A stretch of DNA of 64,000 bases from Acidimicrobiaceae bacterium (GTDB lineage Bacteria; Actinomycetota; Acidimicrobiia; Acidimicrobiales; JACDCH01): assembly GCA_041166745.1 (NCBI GenBank), contig JBEEGH010000019.1:37594-101593 (forward strand). The letters are read 5' to 3'. Under the pieces are notes generated by a model, which worked only from the letters and a program-made list of their open reading frames with translations, was not told where the DNA came from and made no database searches. A program made the position numbers and the translations under genes. Shown one piece after another: positions 35,570 to 45,440 of this stretch (position 1 is the first letter of the stretch; every line of letters begins with the position of its first letter).

Positions 35570-36631
35570 ATGTTCGACGCCGACACCCTGCGCGCCCGAC
35601 TGACCGAGTGGTTGCCCTCGCGCGTCGGGGCGTTGTCGGTGAACATCACCGATCTCACGCCCCCGAGCGGTACCGGCTACTCGAGCGAGACCCTGCTGTT
35701 CACCGCACAGTACGAGAGCGATGGCGAGACGGAGCAGCAGCGCTTCGTGGCGAGGCTCAAGCCGACGCGACCGGGCGTTTTTCCCGAGTACGACATCGAC
35801 CTCCAGCACGACCTCATGGCCGCGCTCGCGGCGAAGACCACCATTCCGGTCCCGGACATGCTCTGGCAGGAACACGACGCGTCGGTGCTCGGTTCCGAGT
35901 TCTTCGTGATGGGCCACGTGCCCGGCCGCGTCCCCACGGACAATCCGCCGTACACGCTCGAGGGATGGATCCTCGACGAGCCGGAAGACCGGCGACGAAC
36001 GCTGCACACCAGCGCGCTCGACGTGATGAGCCGCATCCACCAACTCGATCCCGCGGACACACTCGGCGACACTGCGCACCGCTTGCGGCGTGGTCTCGAC
36101 GAAGAGCTGGCGTATTACGAGTCGTTCTTCGAGTCGGCCGCGAGAGGCCGACCGCAACCTGTCGCGGAGAAAGCGTGGGAGTGGCTGCTGGCCAACCGCC
36201 CGCAGGGTGAGCAGCCAGTCGGCCTGTCCTGGGGCGACTCGCGGATCTCCAACATGATCTTCGGCGACGATCTGCATCCGGCGGCCGTCATCGACTGGGA
36301 GATGGCGTCAGTCGGCGATCCGCAGATGGATCTCGCCTGGTGGCTGTTCCTCGATCGCCACTTCACCGAAGGCATGTCTGTGCCGCAACCCGGCGGTTTC
36401 ATGACCCGCCAGGAGACGATCGCCCGGTGGGAGGAGTCGGTCGGGCGTCCGGCCGATCACGTCGAGTTCTACGAGATCTATGCCGGCTTCCGCTTTGCGG
36501 TCGTGATGATGAGCCTGACCCGCATGTTCATCGAAGACGGGCTCATGCCCGCCGACACGGACTTCGACCGCAACAACACCGTCACCCAGTGCCTTGCCCC
36601 GATGCTGGGCCTGCCGCCGCCGACGGACTAG
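35570..36631 (+). CDS. phosphotransferase-family (APH-fold) protein
   Basis: Contains LSWGDSRISNMIF and VIDWEMASVGDPQMDLAWW. Confidence 0.8.
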   Translation: MFDADTLRARLTEWLPSRVGALSVNITDLTPPSGTGYSSETLLFTAQYESDGETEQQRFVARLKPTRPGVFPEYDIDLQHDLMAALAAKTTIPVPDMLWQEHDASVLGSEFFVMGHVPGRVPTDNPPYTLEGWILDEPEDRRRTLHTSALDVMSRIHQLDPADTLGDTAHRLRRGLDEELAYYESFFESAARGRPQPVAEKAWEWLLANRPQGEQPVGLSWGDSRISNMIFGDDLHPAAVIDWEMASVGDPQMDLAWWLFLDRHFTEGMSVPQPGGFMTRQETIARWEESVGRPADHVEFYEIYAGFRFAVVMMSLTRMFIEDGLMPADTDFDRNNTVTQCLAPMLGLPPPTD

Positions 36632-36735
36632 TGCTCGTGGGCCAGGACACAAAATGGGCCCCGATCGGCTGCAGCGGGCCATCCCCGCGTCCGATGGAGA
36701 CGTGTCGGTCGCCACACAAAGGGTGAGGAGAGGTC

Positions 36736-37107
36736 GTGACCCCACGACGACGCCGTCGCCCCACGATTGTGTGGGTGCCTGTCGGCACAAATGTTGCGCT
36801 GGTGGCACTGGCCGCCGGGCTGAACGAACCCAAGGCGGTGGCGTTGACCGCCATCGGTGCGGTCGTGGCGACGGGCTCGGTGATCATGCACCTCCGCGAG
36901 TCAGATCTGGACAAGGAGCGCATCGCCCATCTCCAGGCCGCGATCCCCAGCATGACGGCCCCGCTCGACGCCGAAGCAGCCATGAACGTCGCGCCGAGGC
37001 CGTCACCCGTGGTGGCCGAGGTGCTCCGGCAGATGCGCCCCGTCGTTCCTGCCGATGTCGTCTCGCCCCGGCCGATTCCGCCCACGGTGCCCATCGACCG
37101 AGGCTGA
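36736..37107 (+). CDS. hypothetical small membrane protein
   Basis: The GTG is preceded by GAGGAGAGG. An Arg-rich N-terminus is followed by two hydrophobic segments and a Pro-rich tail. Confidence 0.5.
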   Translation: MTPRRRRRPTIVWVPVGTNVALVALAAGLNEPKAVALTAIGAVVATGSVIMHLRESDLDKERIAHLQAAIPSMTAPLDAEAAMNVAPRPSPVVAEVLRQMRPVVPADVVSPRPIPPTVPIDRG

Positions 37108-37153
37108 CAATCGGCGCGCTACCGTGCGATCGGGCCAGTCGAAGGGGGCTTCG

Positions 37154-39235
37154 GTGGCGGTGACGATCGACGACGCGCTGACGTATCGAGGCTTCTCGAA
37201 GGTCGAACTCGTCGACGATTACCGGTTGGCGCTCGTCAGTAGAGCGCTCGACGACCGCGAGATCAGCCTGCAGAAGCAGAGCCGGGTGTTCTTCCAGATC
37301 TCCGGTGCCGGCCACGAAGCACTTCTCCTGGCGCTCAGTCACTCGCTGCGGGCGGGATACGACTGGTTCTTCCCGTACTACCGCGACCGGTCGCTCGTCC
37401 TCGGGCTCGGCGTCACCCCGCGTGAGATCCTGTTGCAGGCCGTCGGTTCGTCCGAAGACCCCGCGAGCGGTGGCCGCCAGATGCCCTGCCACTGGGGGCA
37501 TCGCGAGAAGCACATCGTCACGCAGTCGTCGGCCACCGCGTCACAGTGCCTGTCCGCCGTCGGCTGCGCGGAAGCGACTCGTTACATCCAGGGGCGCAAC
37601 CTTCCGGGCTGCGACGCCAACGGCGACGAGATCACGTACGTCTCGTTGGGCGAAGGGTCGACGAGCGAGGGTGAGTTCTGGGAGTCGCTCAACACGGCCT
37701 GTCGGTTGCATCTACCGCTGCTGTACCTCGTGGCCGACAACGGTTACGCCATCTCGGTGCGTGCCGAGGACCAATCACCCGCGCCCATCTCGGAGATGGT
37801 GCGTGGCTTCCGTGGTTTGGCGATCACGAAGATCGATGGTCGCGACTACTTCCAGGCACGGCACTTCGGGGCTCGCGCGGTTGCACGCGTTCGAGCGGCC
37901 GAAGGGCCCGGACTGATCCACGCGAAGGTCACGCGGCCCTATTCACACTCAGCGGCCGATACGCAATCGAAGTACCGCACGTCGGAGGATCTCGCCGACG
38001 AGGCCGCACATGATCCGATCCTCGTGTTCGAAGCCGAGCTCGTGAAGGGCGGGGTCATCACGCTCGACGACGTCGAGCGGATCCGCGACGAAGCGAAGTC
38101 GATCGTGATGGCCGCGGCGAAGGAAGCGTTGGCGGCCGACCGGCCCGACCCCGCGTCGGTGCTCGACCACGTGTACGTCCGTCCGCCGATTCCCGACGAG
38201 ATCACGCCCGACACGGATGGTGAGGTCGTGGCGTTCGGCGAATCGATTCGGAGGACGTTGCACGAGGTGATGGCGGCCGACGAGCGGATCCGTGTGTTCG
38301 GCGAAGACGTCGCCGACGCGCCGGAGGCGCTCATCGACCAGGTCGAAGGCAAGGGCGGAGTCTTCGGCACCACCGCGGGATTGCAGCGCACGTTCGGCAT
38401 CGCTCGCTGCTTCAACACGCCGCTCGCCGAAGCCAACATCGTCGGACGAGCGGTCGGCCAGGCCGTCCGAGGGCTACGACCGTGCCCGGAGATCCAGTTC
38501 TTCGATTACATCTGGCCAGCCATGACGCAGATCAAGACGGAAGCCGCCACGATTCGTTGGCGATCGAACGGCGCGTTCTCGTGTCCGGTGGTGCTGCGCG
38601 TCGCGATCGGCGGCTACCTCACGGGCGGTGCGATCTGGCACAGCCAGTGCGGCGAGTCGATCTTCGCTCATGTGCCCGGCCTGATCGTGATGTTCCCGTC
38701 GCGGGCGCGCGACGCCGCCGGCATGTTGCGGGCGGCGTTCCGGTGCGAGGATCCGGTGCTCTTCCTCGAGCACAAGCACCTGTTGCGTCAGTCCTACACG
38801 AAGGATCCGTATCCCGGACCGGATTACGTGGTGCCGCTCGGCAAGGGGGCGATCGTTCAGGAAGGAAGCGATCTCACGATCGTCACGTACGGCGCCACGG
38901 TCGAACGCTCACGCCAGGCGGCCGCCCAGCTCGAGGGTGCCTCGGTGGAGATCATCGACTTGCGTTGTCTGCTGCCGTGGGATCAGGAACTGGTGGCGGA
39001 GTCCGTCGCGAAGACCGGTCGCGTGATGGTCGTGCACGAGGACATCCGAACGTGCGGCTTCGGTGGGGAAGTGGCGTCGTGGATCGCGGAGGAGTGCTTC
39101 TCTGCGCTCGATGCACCCGTGATGCGCATCGGTGCCCTCGACTGCCACGTGGCCTACGAGCCGACGCTCGAAGACGCCATCCTCCCGCAGCCCGACGGCA
39201 TCGCCGCCAAGGCGCGCGAGCTCCTCGCTTACTGA
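37154..39235 (+). CDS. 2-oxoacid dehydrogenase E1 component, fused alpha/beta subunits (TPP-dependent)
   Basis: The N-terminal half resembles E1-alpha (ISGAGHEALLLA, YVSLGEGSTSEGEFWESLN). The C-terminal half resembles E1-beta (FGEDV...GGVFGTT, NTPLAEANIVG, FLEHKHL). Confidence 0.85.
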   Translation: MAVTIDDALTYRGFSKVELVDDYRLALVSRALDDREISLQKQSRVFFQISGAGHEALLLALSHSLRAGYDWFFPYYRDRSLVLGLGVTPREILLQAVGSSEDPASGGRQMPCHWGHREKHIVTQSSATASQCLSAVGCAEATRYIQGRNLPGCDANGDEITYVSLGEGSTSEGEFWESLNTACRLHLPLLYLVADNGYAISVRAEDQSPAPISEMVRGFRGLAITKIDGRDYFQARHFGARAVARVRAAEGPGLIHAKVTRPYSHSAADTQSKYRTSEDLADEAAHDPILVFEAELVKGGVITLDDVERIRDEAKSIVMAAAKEALAADRPDPASVLDHVYVRPPIPDEITPDTDGEVVAFGESIRRTLHEVMAADERIRVFGEDVADAPEALIDQVEGKGGVFGTTAGLQRTFGIARCFNTPLAEANIVGRAVGQAVRGLRPCPEIQFFDYIWPAMTQIKTEAATIRWRSNGAFSCPVVLRVAIGGYLTGGAIWHSQCGESIFAHVPGLIVMFPSRARDAAGMLRAAFRCEDPVLFLEHKHLLRQSYTKDPYPGPDYVVPLGKGAIVQEGSDLTIVTYGATVERSRQAAAQLEGASVEIIDLRCLLPWDQELVAESVAKTGRVMVVHEDIRTCGFGGEVASWIAEECFSALDAPVMRIGALDCHVAYEPTLEDAILPQPDGIAAKARELLAY

Positions 39236-39243
39236 CCCAGGAG

Positions 39244-40473
39244 CTAACGAGGTTCGGTGTCGAGCGGGACGACGGCGACTCGGTAGCCCTTGTCTTCGAG
39301 GGCGTGCACGAGGGTGTCGGCGTGTTCCCGGTCCATCGTCTCCACCGCGAGCTCGACCTCCGTGCTGCGGATCGGTGCCGCGGCGAAGAGACGCTGATGA
39401 TGCACCTCGACGATGTTGCCGCCCGCCTCGCCGACGACCGCGGTGAGCAACGACAGCGAACCAGGCCGATCGTCGAGCCACACGCGCAGGCGCGACAACC
39501 GGCCGTCGTGTACGAGACCGCGCAGGATCACCGACGACAGCAGCCGCGGGTCGATGTTGCCGCCGGTGAGCACCACGCCCACGGTCTTGCCGACGAAGCG
39601 CTCGGGGTGCTCGATGACTGCTGCGAGACCGGCGGCGCCCGCGCCCTCCGCGACGACCTTCTCGATCTCGAGGAAGTGGTTCACGCCGTCCTCGATGGAA
39701 CGTTCGCTCACCGTGAGGATCTCGGCCCCCGCCTCAGCCAGCAGTTCCGACGTGAGCGCGCCCGCGTGTGCGACGGCGATGCCGTCGGCCATGGTCGGCC
39801 CGCCGGGCACCGGTCGATCGTCGTGCGCCAACGCGCGCACCATCGAGGGATACGCCTCGGCCTGAGCGCCGATGAGCTCGACGTTCGGGGCAATCGCTCG
39901 GGCGACGACGCTCATGCCGGCAAGCAGGCCGCCGCCACCGACCGGTACGACAACTGCGTCGAGCTCGGGATGGTCCGCGAAGAACTCGAGGGCCACGGTG
40001 CCCTGCCCGGCAATCACGTGCTCGTCGTCGAACGGGTGCACGAGCGTGCGGTGCTCCCGCGCGACGAGCTCGTGGCCGAATGCCATCGCTTCCGCCACGC
40101 TCTCACCGTGCAGCTCGACGCGGGCCCCCAGCGCCTTTGTACGGCCCACCTTCACGTACGGGGTGGTCTGGGGCATCACGATCGTGGCGTCGATACCGAG
40201 GAGTCGCGCATGGCGGGCGACGGCCTGCGCGTGATTGCCGGCGCTGACCGCAACGACGCCGCCGGCGCGTTCGGCGTCGCTCAGGCTGAGGAGCTTCGTG
40301 CGGGCACCGCGTTCTTTGAACGACGCGACGAACTGCAGGTTCTCGAACTTCACGACGATCGTGCATCCGAGCAAGTTCGAGAGCGTCTGCGAGACGGCGC
40401 TGGGCGTTCGCACCACACTGCCCGCGATCGCGGCCGCCGCGGCTTCGACGTCCGCGAGCGTGACTGCGCTCAT
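39244..40473 (-). CDS. ilvA: threonine ammonia-lyase (threonine dehydratase)
   Basis: Contains FKFENLQFVASFKERGA (PLP-lysine region), SAGNHAQAVA, GGGGLLAG and a C-terminal ACT-like domain. The ATG overlaps the upstream stop (ATGA). Confidence 0.85.
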   Translation of the reverse strand: MSAVTLADVEAAAAAIAGSVVRTPSAVSQTLSNLLGCTIVVKFENLQFVASFKERGARTKLLSLSDAERAGGVVAVSAGNHAQAVARHARLLGIDATIVMPQTTPYVKVGRTKALGARVELHGESVAEAMAFGHELVAREHRTLVHPFDDEHVIAGQGTVALEFFADHPELDAVVVPVGGGGLLAGMSVVARAIAPNVELIGAQAEAYPSMVRALAHDDRPVPGGPTMADGIAVAHAGALTSELLAEAGAEILTVSERSIEDGVNHFLEIEKVVAEGAGAAGLAAVIEHPERFVGKTVGVVLTGGNIDPRLLSSVILRGLVHDGRLSRLRVWLDDRPGSLSLLTAVVGEAGGNIVEVHHQRLFAAAPIRSTEVELAVETMDREHADTLVHALEDKGYRVAVVPLDTEPR

Positions 40474-41876
40474 CGGCGAGCGTGGGCGTCGAGAAGGTGG
40501 GCGGCGGCAACGGTCACGTGTTGCGCCGTCGGCAGGTGAAGGAACTCGTTCGGACCGTGGGCGTTGGTTTCCGGACCCAGGACGCCAGTGATGACGAACT
40601 GCGCCTCGGGGAAGCGCTGGCCGAGCATCGCCATGAACGGGATCGTGCCGCCTTCGCCGATTGTGCGAGCCGGCTCGCCGAAGCCGGCGATCGAGGCCTC
40701 GTCGACGGCCGTCGCCAGCCACGGCGCGGTGGGTGGCGCATTCCAGCCATCGGCGAACTCCCTTGCCTCCAGCTCGATCGATGCACCGTAGGGAGGGTCG
40801 GCCTGCAACACCCGCACGAGCGCGTCGTTGGCGGCCTCTGCATCGCACGTCGGTGGCAGGCGGAACGAGAGTTGGGCACGCGTGAACGGTCGGAGGACAT
40901 TCCCGCCATCCGCAACCGACGGCACCCCGTCCATGCCGATCAACTCCATCGTCGGTTGCCACGTCTTGGCGACGAGCTGAGCGATCGGATCGTCGATCGT
41001 CGCCCGAGCGCCGTCGACGAAGGGGAAGCGCTCAGAGATGTCGGCGCCGAGCTCGGCCGACGTGGCGGCCAGCTCCTTTTCACGATCGATCGGCATCTGC
41101 ACGTGCAACTCCGGTACGAGGATCTCGCCGGTCGTCTCATCCTCGACTCGCGACAGCAACTCGCGCATGATCCGAAACGTGGACGGCACGACGCCACCGG
41201 CCGCGCCGGAGTGCACACCTTCTTCGAGGACGCGCACGGTGAGCGTGAGTGCGATGAGGCCGCGCAGCGATGTCGTCAACCACAGTCGGTCCCATGTGGG
41301 GCAGCCGGAGTCGAGGCACACAACGAGATCCGGTCGACCGATCCGGTCGGCGAGCGCCTCCATGTAGGCGGGGAGGTCGGGGCTGCCGGACTCCTCGCTC
41401 GCTTCGATGATGACCAACAGCCGAGCGTGCGCGCCTCCCGACGCTTGCAGGGCTCCGATGGCGGCGAGCGCCGCGAACGCGGCGTAGCCGTCGTCACCGG
41501 CACCTCGTCCGTACAGCCGGTCCCCTTCGAGCACGGGCTCCCAGGGCCCGAGCCCTTCGCGCCAGCCGCTCATCTCGGGCTGCTTGTCGAGATGTCCGTA
41601 GAGCACGACGGTGCCTGCTGCCGTTCCGGGAACCTCGGCGAGGATCACCGGCGTGCGGCCCTCGATCTGCTCCACGGAAACCTGCATCCCGGCGATCGGG
41701 CGCGCCTCCATCCATGAACGGACGAGCTCGACGGCACGGGCCATGTGACCGTGCTCCGCCCATTGCGGATCGAATGCCGGAGATCGATTGGGGATCCGGA
41801 TGAACTCGGTGATGGTCGGGAGGACATCGTCGTCCCACACGTGGGTCACGCAGTCGACAACACTCTGGGCGTCCAC
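40470..41876 (-). CDS. M20-family metallopeptidase / dipeptidase
   Basis: 468 aa with VVLYGHLDKQP, GRGAGDDGY and EASEESGS blocks. Confidence 0.85.
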   Translation of the reverse strand: MDAQSVVDCVTHVWDDDVLPTITEFIRIPNRSPAFDPQWAEHGHMARAVELVRSWMEARPIAGMQVSVEQIEGRTPVILAEVPGTAAGTVVLYGHLDKQPEMSGWREGLGPWEPVLEGDRLYGRGAGDDGYAAFAALAAIGALQASGGAHARLLVIIEASEESGSPDLPAYMEALADRIGRPDLVVCLDSGCPTWDRLWLTTSLRGLIALTLTVRVLEEGVHSGAAGGVVPSTFRIMRELLSRVEDETTGEILVPELHVQMPIDREKELAATSAELGADISERFPFVDGARATIDDPIAQLVAKTWQPTMELIGMDGVPSVADGGNVLRPFTRAQLSFRLPPTCDAEAANDALVRVLQADPPYGASIELEAREFADGWNAPPTAPWLATAVDEASIAGFGEPARTIGEGGTIPFMAMLGQRFPEAQFVITGVLGPETNAHGPNEFLHLPTAQHVTVAAAHLLDAHARR

Positions 41877-41908
41877 GGACCTTCAACTTAGGGGCGGGGA
41901 GGTGATCC

Positions 41909-42781
41909 ATGGGGCGGGTCGTCGTGGTCGGCAGCTTGAACGTCGATCACATCGTGCGTGTACAGCGCCATCCTGAAGCAGGGGAGACCGTCACGGCGCG
42001 GGCGTTTGCCAGCGGTCTCGGGGGCAAGGGTTTCAACCAGGCCGTGACCGCGGCGCGGATGGGCGCGGACGTGGTCATGGTGGGATGCGTCGGTGCTGAC
42101 GCCGACGGCGATCACCTCCTCCGCGCGCTGAAGGGAGAAGGCGTCGACGCTGGGTTCGTGCGCCGGCATGCGGAGCTGCCGACAGGTCGAGCCCACATCA
42201 CCGTCGATCAGCAGGGACAGAACTCGATTGTCGTCGTGCCCGGTGCCAACGCGGCTGCGTCGTTTCCGTCGGCCGTGCTCGAGGGGGCCACCGTGCTGCT
42301 CGCACAGCTCGAGTGTCCGCTGGAGGTCGTCTCCGCGGCAATCGCGGCGGCGCGCATCTCGGGCGTGGTGACGATCCTGAACCCGGCGCCGGCGCAGACC
42401 CTCACGAACGAGCTCCTGGGACTCGTCGACTACCTCATCGCCAACGAGACGGAGGCGGACAGTCTCGGGCGGGTGTCGTACCGCGGGATCGCAGTGATCA
42501 CGGGAGGAGCGCGCGGCGCACTGGTGTTGGTGCCGGGCCGCGAGTCGCGGCGGCTGCCAGCGCTGACGGTGCCGGTCGTCGACTCGACCGGAGCCGGCGA
42601 CGCGTTCTGCGGATGCTTCGCCGCCACGCTCGCATGCGGAGGGAAGCTCGGCGAGGCCTTGCGCCGGGCTAGTGCCGCCGGAGCGCACGCCGTGACGAGC
42701 GAAGGAGCGTTCGCGTCGTTGCCCTCACGCGCCGATGTCGACCAGCTGTTGCATCAGTCGAGGACCGAAGCCCAGAGCTGA
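41909..42781 (+). CDS. rbsK: ribokinase (PfkB family)
   Basis: Contains VVVVGSLNVDH, GGKGFNQA, ANETEA and DSTGAGDAF. GGGGAGG lies upstream of the ATG. Confidence 0.85.
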   Translation: MGRVVVVGSLNVDHIVRVQRHPEAGETVTARAFASGLGGKGFNQAVTAARMGADVVMVGCVGADADGDHLLRALKGEGVDAGFVRRHAELPTGRAHITVDQQGQNSIVVVPGANAAASFPSAVLEGATVLLAQLECPLEVVSAAIAAARISGVVTILNPAPAQTLTNELLGLVDYLIANETEADSLGRVSYRGIAVITGGARGALVLVPGRESRRLPALTVPVVDSTGAGDAFCGCFAATLACGGKLGEALRRASAAGAHAVTSEGAFASLPSRADVDQLLHQSRTEAQS

Positions 42782-44259
42782 CGCTCGGCCGATCCCGGGT
42801 CGTCCAAGACTCGACGAGTCGTACCGAGCTCCATGACCGAACGCTGTGTTGCGGAGTAGCGCGGCCACTCCGGGATCTCGTCGTGCTGTGGCGATCCGTT
42901 GCGCGCCAATGCGAGCCAAGCCTGCGAGGTGGCGCGCGCCAGTGCGTGGGTGTCCTCGGTGATGTCGCCGAGCAGAACATTGACGCCGCGACGATCGAGG
43001 TTGTCGAATGCGAAGGGAACGTCGATGGCATGGCACGCGCCGAGCGCGCCGTCGAACGCCGTCGACTTGTACGAGAACAGGTACGAGTAGGTGTCGGGTT
43101 GGTTGGCCGACTGGGCTTCGAGCAGGCGAACTGCAGGAATGCGGAAGATCCAGTCGGTCGCGAAATCGCTCCAGAGGTCGTCGGCCGATACACCGGGCCG
43201 CGCTTCTCGGTATGCGGCGATCACGTCGGCCGCTCGCTCGGGGCCGACCACACTGGCTACGCGCCCGTTGAGCTTTTCCTCGGGCATCGGACCTTGAGCG
43301 CGCTCCATCAAGCTGAACAAGCGGAACTCGTCGCTCGTCGTACCGGCAAGGACGCGGACGTTCGCGGCGGTGCCGGCGCGCACGGCTTCGAGCGGATGGG
43401 TGGGAAGAGCGACGCCGTCGACGACCGGGGAGAAGGGCAACCGCAGCTCGCCGGTGCTCGCCAGTTGCTGCGTGACGGCCTCTTGCGCGGCGAGGAGCTG
43501 TGTGACCGGGAGCTCGAGCAGTGCCTCGGCGCTCGCGGGCCGCAAGCCGAGTTCGCTCAGCATCGCAGCCGACACGTGGCTGGCGGCATCGACGTCTTTC
43601 ACCGCGTCGGCTGCCCCGCTCTGCGGGATGGCGTTGCGGATCATCCCCGCAACCCCGGGCACGCCGAGGAGGGTGGCGATGCTCATGCCGCCGGCGGACT
43701 CGCCGAACAACGTGATGTTGGTCGGATCGCCGCCGAATGACGCGATGTTCTCGCGCACCCAGTTGATGGCCGCGACCTGATCGCGAATGCCGCAGTTGCC
43801 CGATCCGTCGAACTCGGCGCCGAGCAGCGTGTCGAGATGCAAGAAACCAAACGCGCCGAGGCGGTAGTTGATCGTGACGATCACGACGTCGCCTCGGCTT
43901 GCGAGGTTCGTGCCGCTGTACCACGGAATCGACCCGGCGCCCGCCGTGAACGCGCCCCCGTGGATCCACACCAGCACCGGCCGAGCGCGATCGTCGACGG
44001 ATGGCGTGAACACGTTGAGGTACAGCGCGTCTTCGTCCATCGGTGTCGCGTCGGACTTGCCGAGCATCGACTCGAGCCCCGACGGATTCTGTGGCAGGAT
44101 CGATCCGAACGTCGTGGCGTCGTACACGTCGTGCCACGGCTCGACGGGTTGCGGCGGCTGAAAGCGCTTGGCGGTTGCGAAGCGGATCCCGCGGAACTGC
44201 TGCACGCCGTTCCTCTCGAGGCCTTGGACCTTGCCGGCAGCGGTGGAGGCGATCGTCAT
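42754..44259 (-). CDS. type-B carboxylesterase/lipase
   Basis: Contains VLVWIHGGAFTAG, ITLFGESAGG (nucleophile elbow) and an N-terminal FRGIRFA motif. Confidence 0.9.
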   Translation of the reverse strand: MTIASTAAGKVQGLERNGVQQFRGIRFATAKRFQPPQPVEPWHDVYDATTFGSILPQNPSGLESMLGKSDATPMDEDALYLNVFTPSVDDRARPVLVWIHGGAFTAGAGSIPWYSGTNLASRGDVVIVTINYRLGAFGFLHLDTLLGAEFDGSGNCGIRDQVAAINWVRENIASFGGDPTNITLFGESAGGMSIATLLGVPGVAGMIRNAIPQSGAADAVKDVDAASHVSAAMLSELGLRPASAEALLELPVTQLLAAQEAVTQQLASTGELRLPFSPVVDGVALPTHPLEAVRAGTAANVRVLAGTTSDEFRLFSLMERAQGPMPEEKLNGRVASVVGPERAADVIAAYREARPGVSADDLWSDFATDWIFRIPAVRLLEAQSANQPDTYSYLFSYKSTAFDGALGACHAIDVPFAFDNLDRRGVNVLLGDITEDTHALARATSQAWLALARNGSPQHDEIPEWPRYSATQRSVMELGTTRRVLDDPGSAERQLWASVLD

Positions 44260-44274
44260 GGCTCGACAACGTAA

Positions 44275-44292
44275 CTTGACCGGCCGGTCAAG
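44275..44292. promoter_or_regulatory. perfect 18-bp palindrome CTTGACCGGCCGGTCAAG between the ACAD stop and the esterase start
   Basis: Read directly and fully self-complementary. It lies 2 nt after the ACAD stop codon and 15 nt before the esterase ATG on the minus strand. Confidence 0.4.
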
Positions 44293-44294
44293 AG

Positions 44295-45419
44295 CTAACG
44301 CGGCAGCCCCAGAACGCGCTCACCGAGGATGTTGCGCAGGATCTGGGCCGTGCCACCCATGATCGTGTAGGCGGGCGCGTAGCAGACCGCTCGGGCCGCT
44401 CGGCCTCCGAGACCGTGATCGGGCCCCCAGAGCAACGCCTGCGGGCCGAGCATCTCCGCGCAGAACGACGCGAGCCGTTGCTCGAACTCGGTGCCAAAGG
44501 TCTTGGTCGCGGCCGAGAAGCCGGCGGGCGCCTGGCGCAGGGTTTCGCGCAGCACGAGCAGCCGTCCGATCCGGTAACTGGTCTCGATGCCCGCGAGTCG
44601 TTGGCGGACCACTGGGTCGGCGCGGTCGACGAGTCCGGATGCCATCACGTCGCGATACAACGCGTAGTTCGACACGAGTCGGTCGATCCCACCGCGTTCG
44701 TGCTCCATCTGCCGCATGAGTTGGCGGAAGCTGTTGTTCTCCTCGCCGACGAGGTGATCGGCCGGTACTCGCACACCCTCGAACGTGACCTCGCAGAAGT
44801 GCCGGTTCGACGTCATGTCGTCGATGGGGCTCACCGTGATGCCGGGCGACTGCATGTCGACGATCAGTTCGGACAACGCGGCGTGCTTCGGCGCGGTGGG
44901 ATCGGTGCGGGCCACGAGATAACACCAATCCGAGAAGGCGGCTCCGCTCGTCCACACCTTCTGCCCGTCGATGATCCACGAGTCGCCGTCGCGCACGGCG
45001 CGCGTGCGCAGCGAGGCGACATCACTGCCCGCATCGGGCTCGCTCATGCCGATGCACCACATCGACTCTCCGGCGACGATGCCGGGAAGCCAGCGGCGCC
45101 GTTGTTCGGGCGTTCCGAATTGCAGCAGGGTCGGGCCCATCTGTCGGTCGGCGAACCAACTGGCGGCAACCGGCGCGCCGTTCGCGATGAGCGCCTCGAA
45201 GACGACGAAGCGTTCGAGCGCTGTGCGCCCGTGGCCGCCTTCCTCGATGGGCCAGGTCATGCCCAGCCACCCCCGACTGCCGAGCTCCTTCGCGAAGGCG
45301 GCGTCGTGGCCGACGATCCAAGAGTCCTCGAGGAACTCGCGCTCGGCCGCGGCTTTCAACGCAACTTCGGTGGCTTCCTCCTGGAGCGCGCGCAGGCTGT
45401 CGGGCAGGGCGAAGTCCAT
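44295..45419 (-). CDS. acyl-CoA dehydrogenase
   Basis: Contains IGMSEPDAGSDVASLRTRAVRDGDSWIIDGQKVWTS and C-terminal GGTAQILRNILGERVLGLP. Confidence 0.9.
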   Translation of the reverse strand: MDFALPDSLRALQEEATEVALKAAAEREFLEDSWIVGHDAAFAKELGSRGWLGMTWPIEEGGHGRTALERFVVFEALIANGAPVAASWFADRQMGPTLLQFGTPEQRRRWLPGIVAGESMWCIGMSEPDAGSDVASLRTRAVRDGDSWIIDGQKVWTSGAAFSDWCYLVARTDPTAPKHAALSELIVDMQSPGITVSPIDDMTSNRHFCEVTFEGVRVPADHLVGEENNSFRQLMRQMEHERGGIDRLVSNYALYRDVMASGLVDRADPVVRQRLAGIETSYRIGRLLVLRETLRQAPAGFSAATKTFGTEFEQRLASFCAEMLGPQALLWGPDHGLGGRAARAVCYAPAYTIMGGTAQILRNILGERVLGLPR

Positions 45420-45440
45420 CGGCGTGCCACTCTAGGGCCG

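Noticed and set aside
38482-40539. 685-aa plus-strand ORF
   Set aside because: It spans the 3' end of the E1 gene in an alternative frame and runs antisense through ilvA. Its composition is Arg-rich and low-complexity. The overlapped genes have clear family motifs.
42725-44269. 514-aa minus-strand ORF in a frame alternative to the carboxylesterase
   Set aside because: The frame 42754..44259 contains the GESAGG nucleophile elbow and the HGGAF oxyanion motif. The alternative frame is an Arg-rich artefact.
44415-45440. 342-codon upstream extension of the GNAT ORF
   Set aside because: It is antisense to the acyl-CoA dehydrogenase gene (44295..45419), which has clear motifs. Only the segment from GTG 45441 shows GNAT features.
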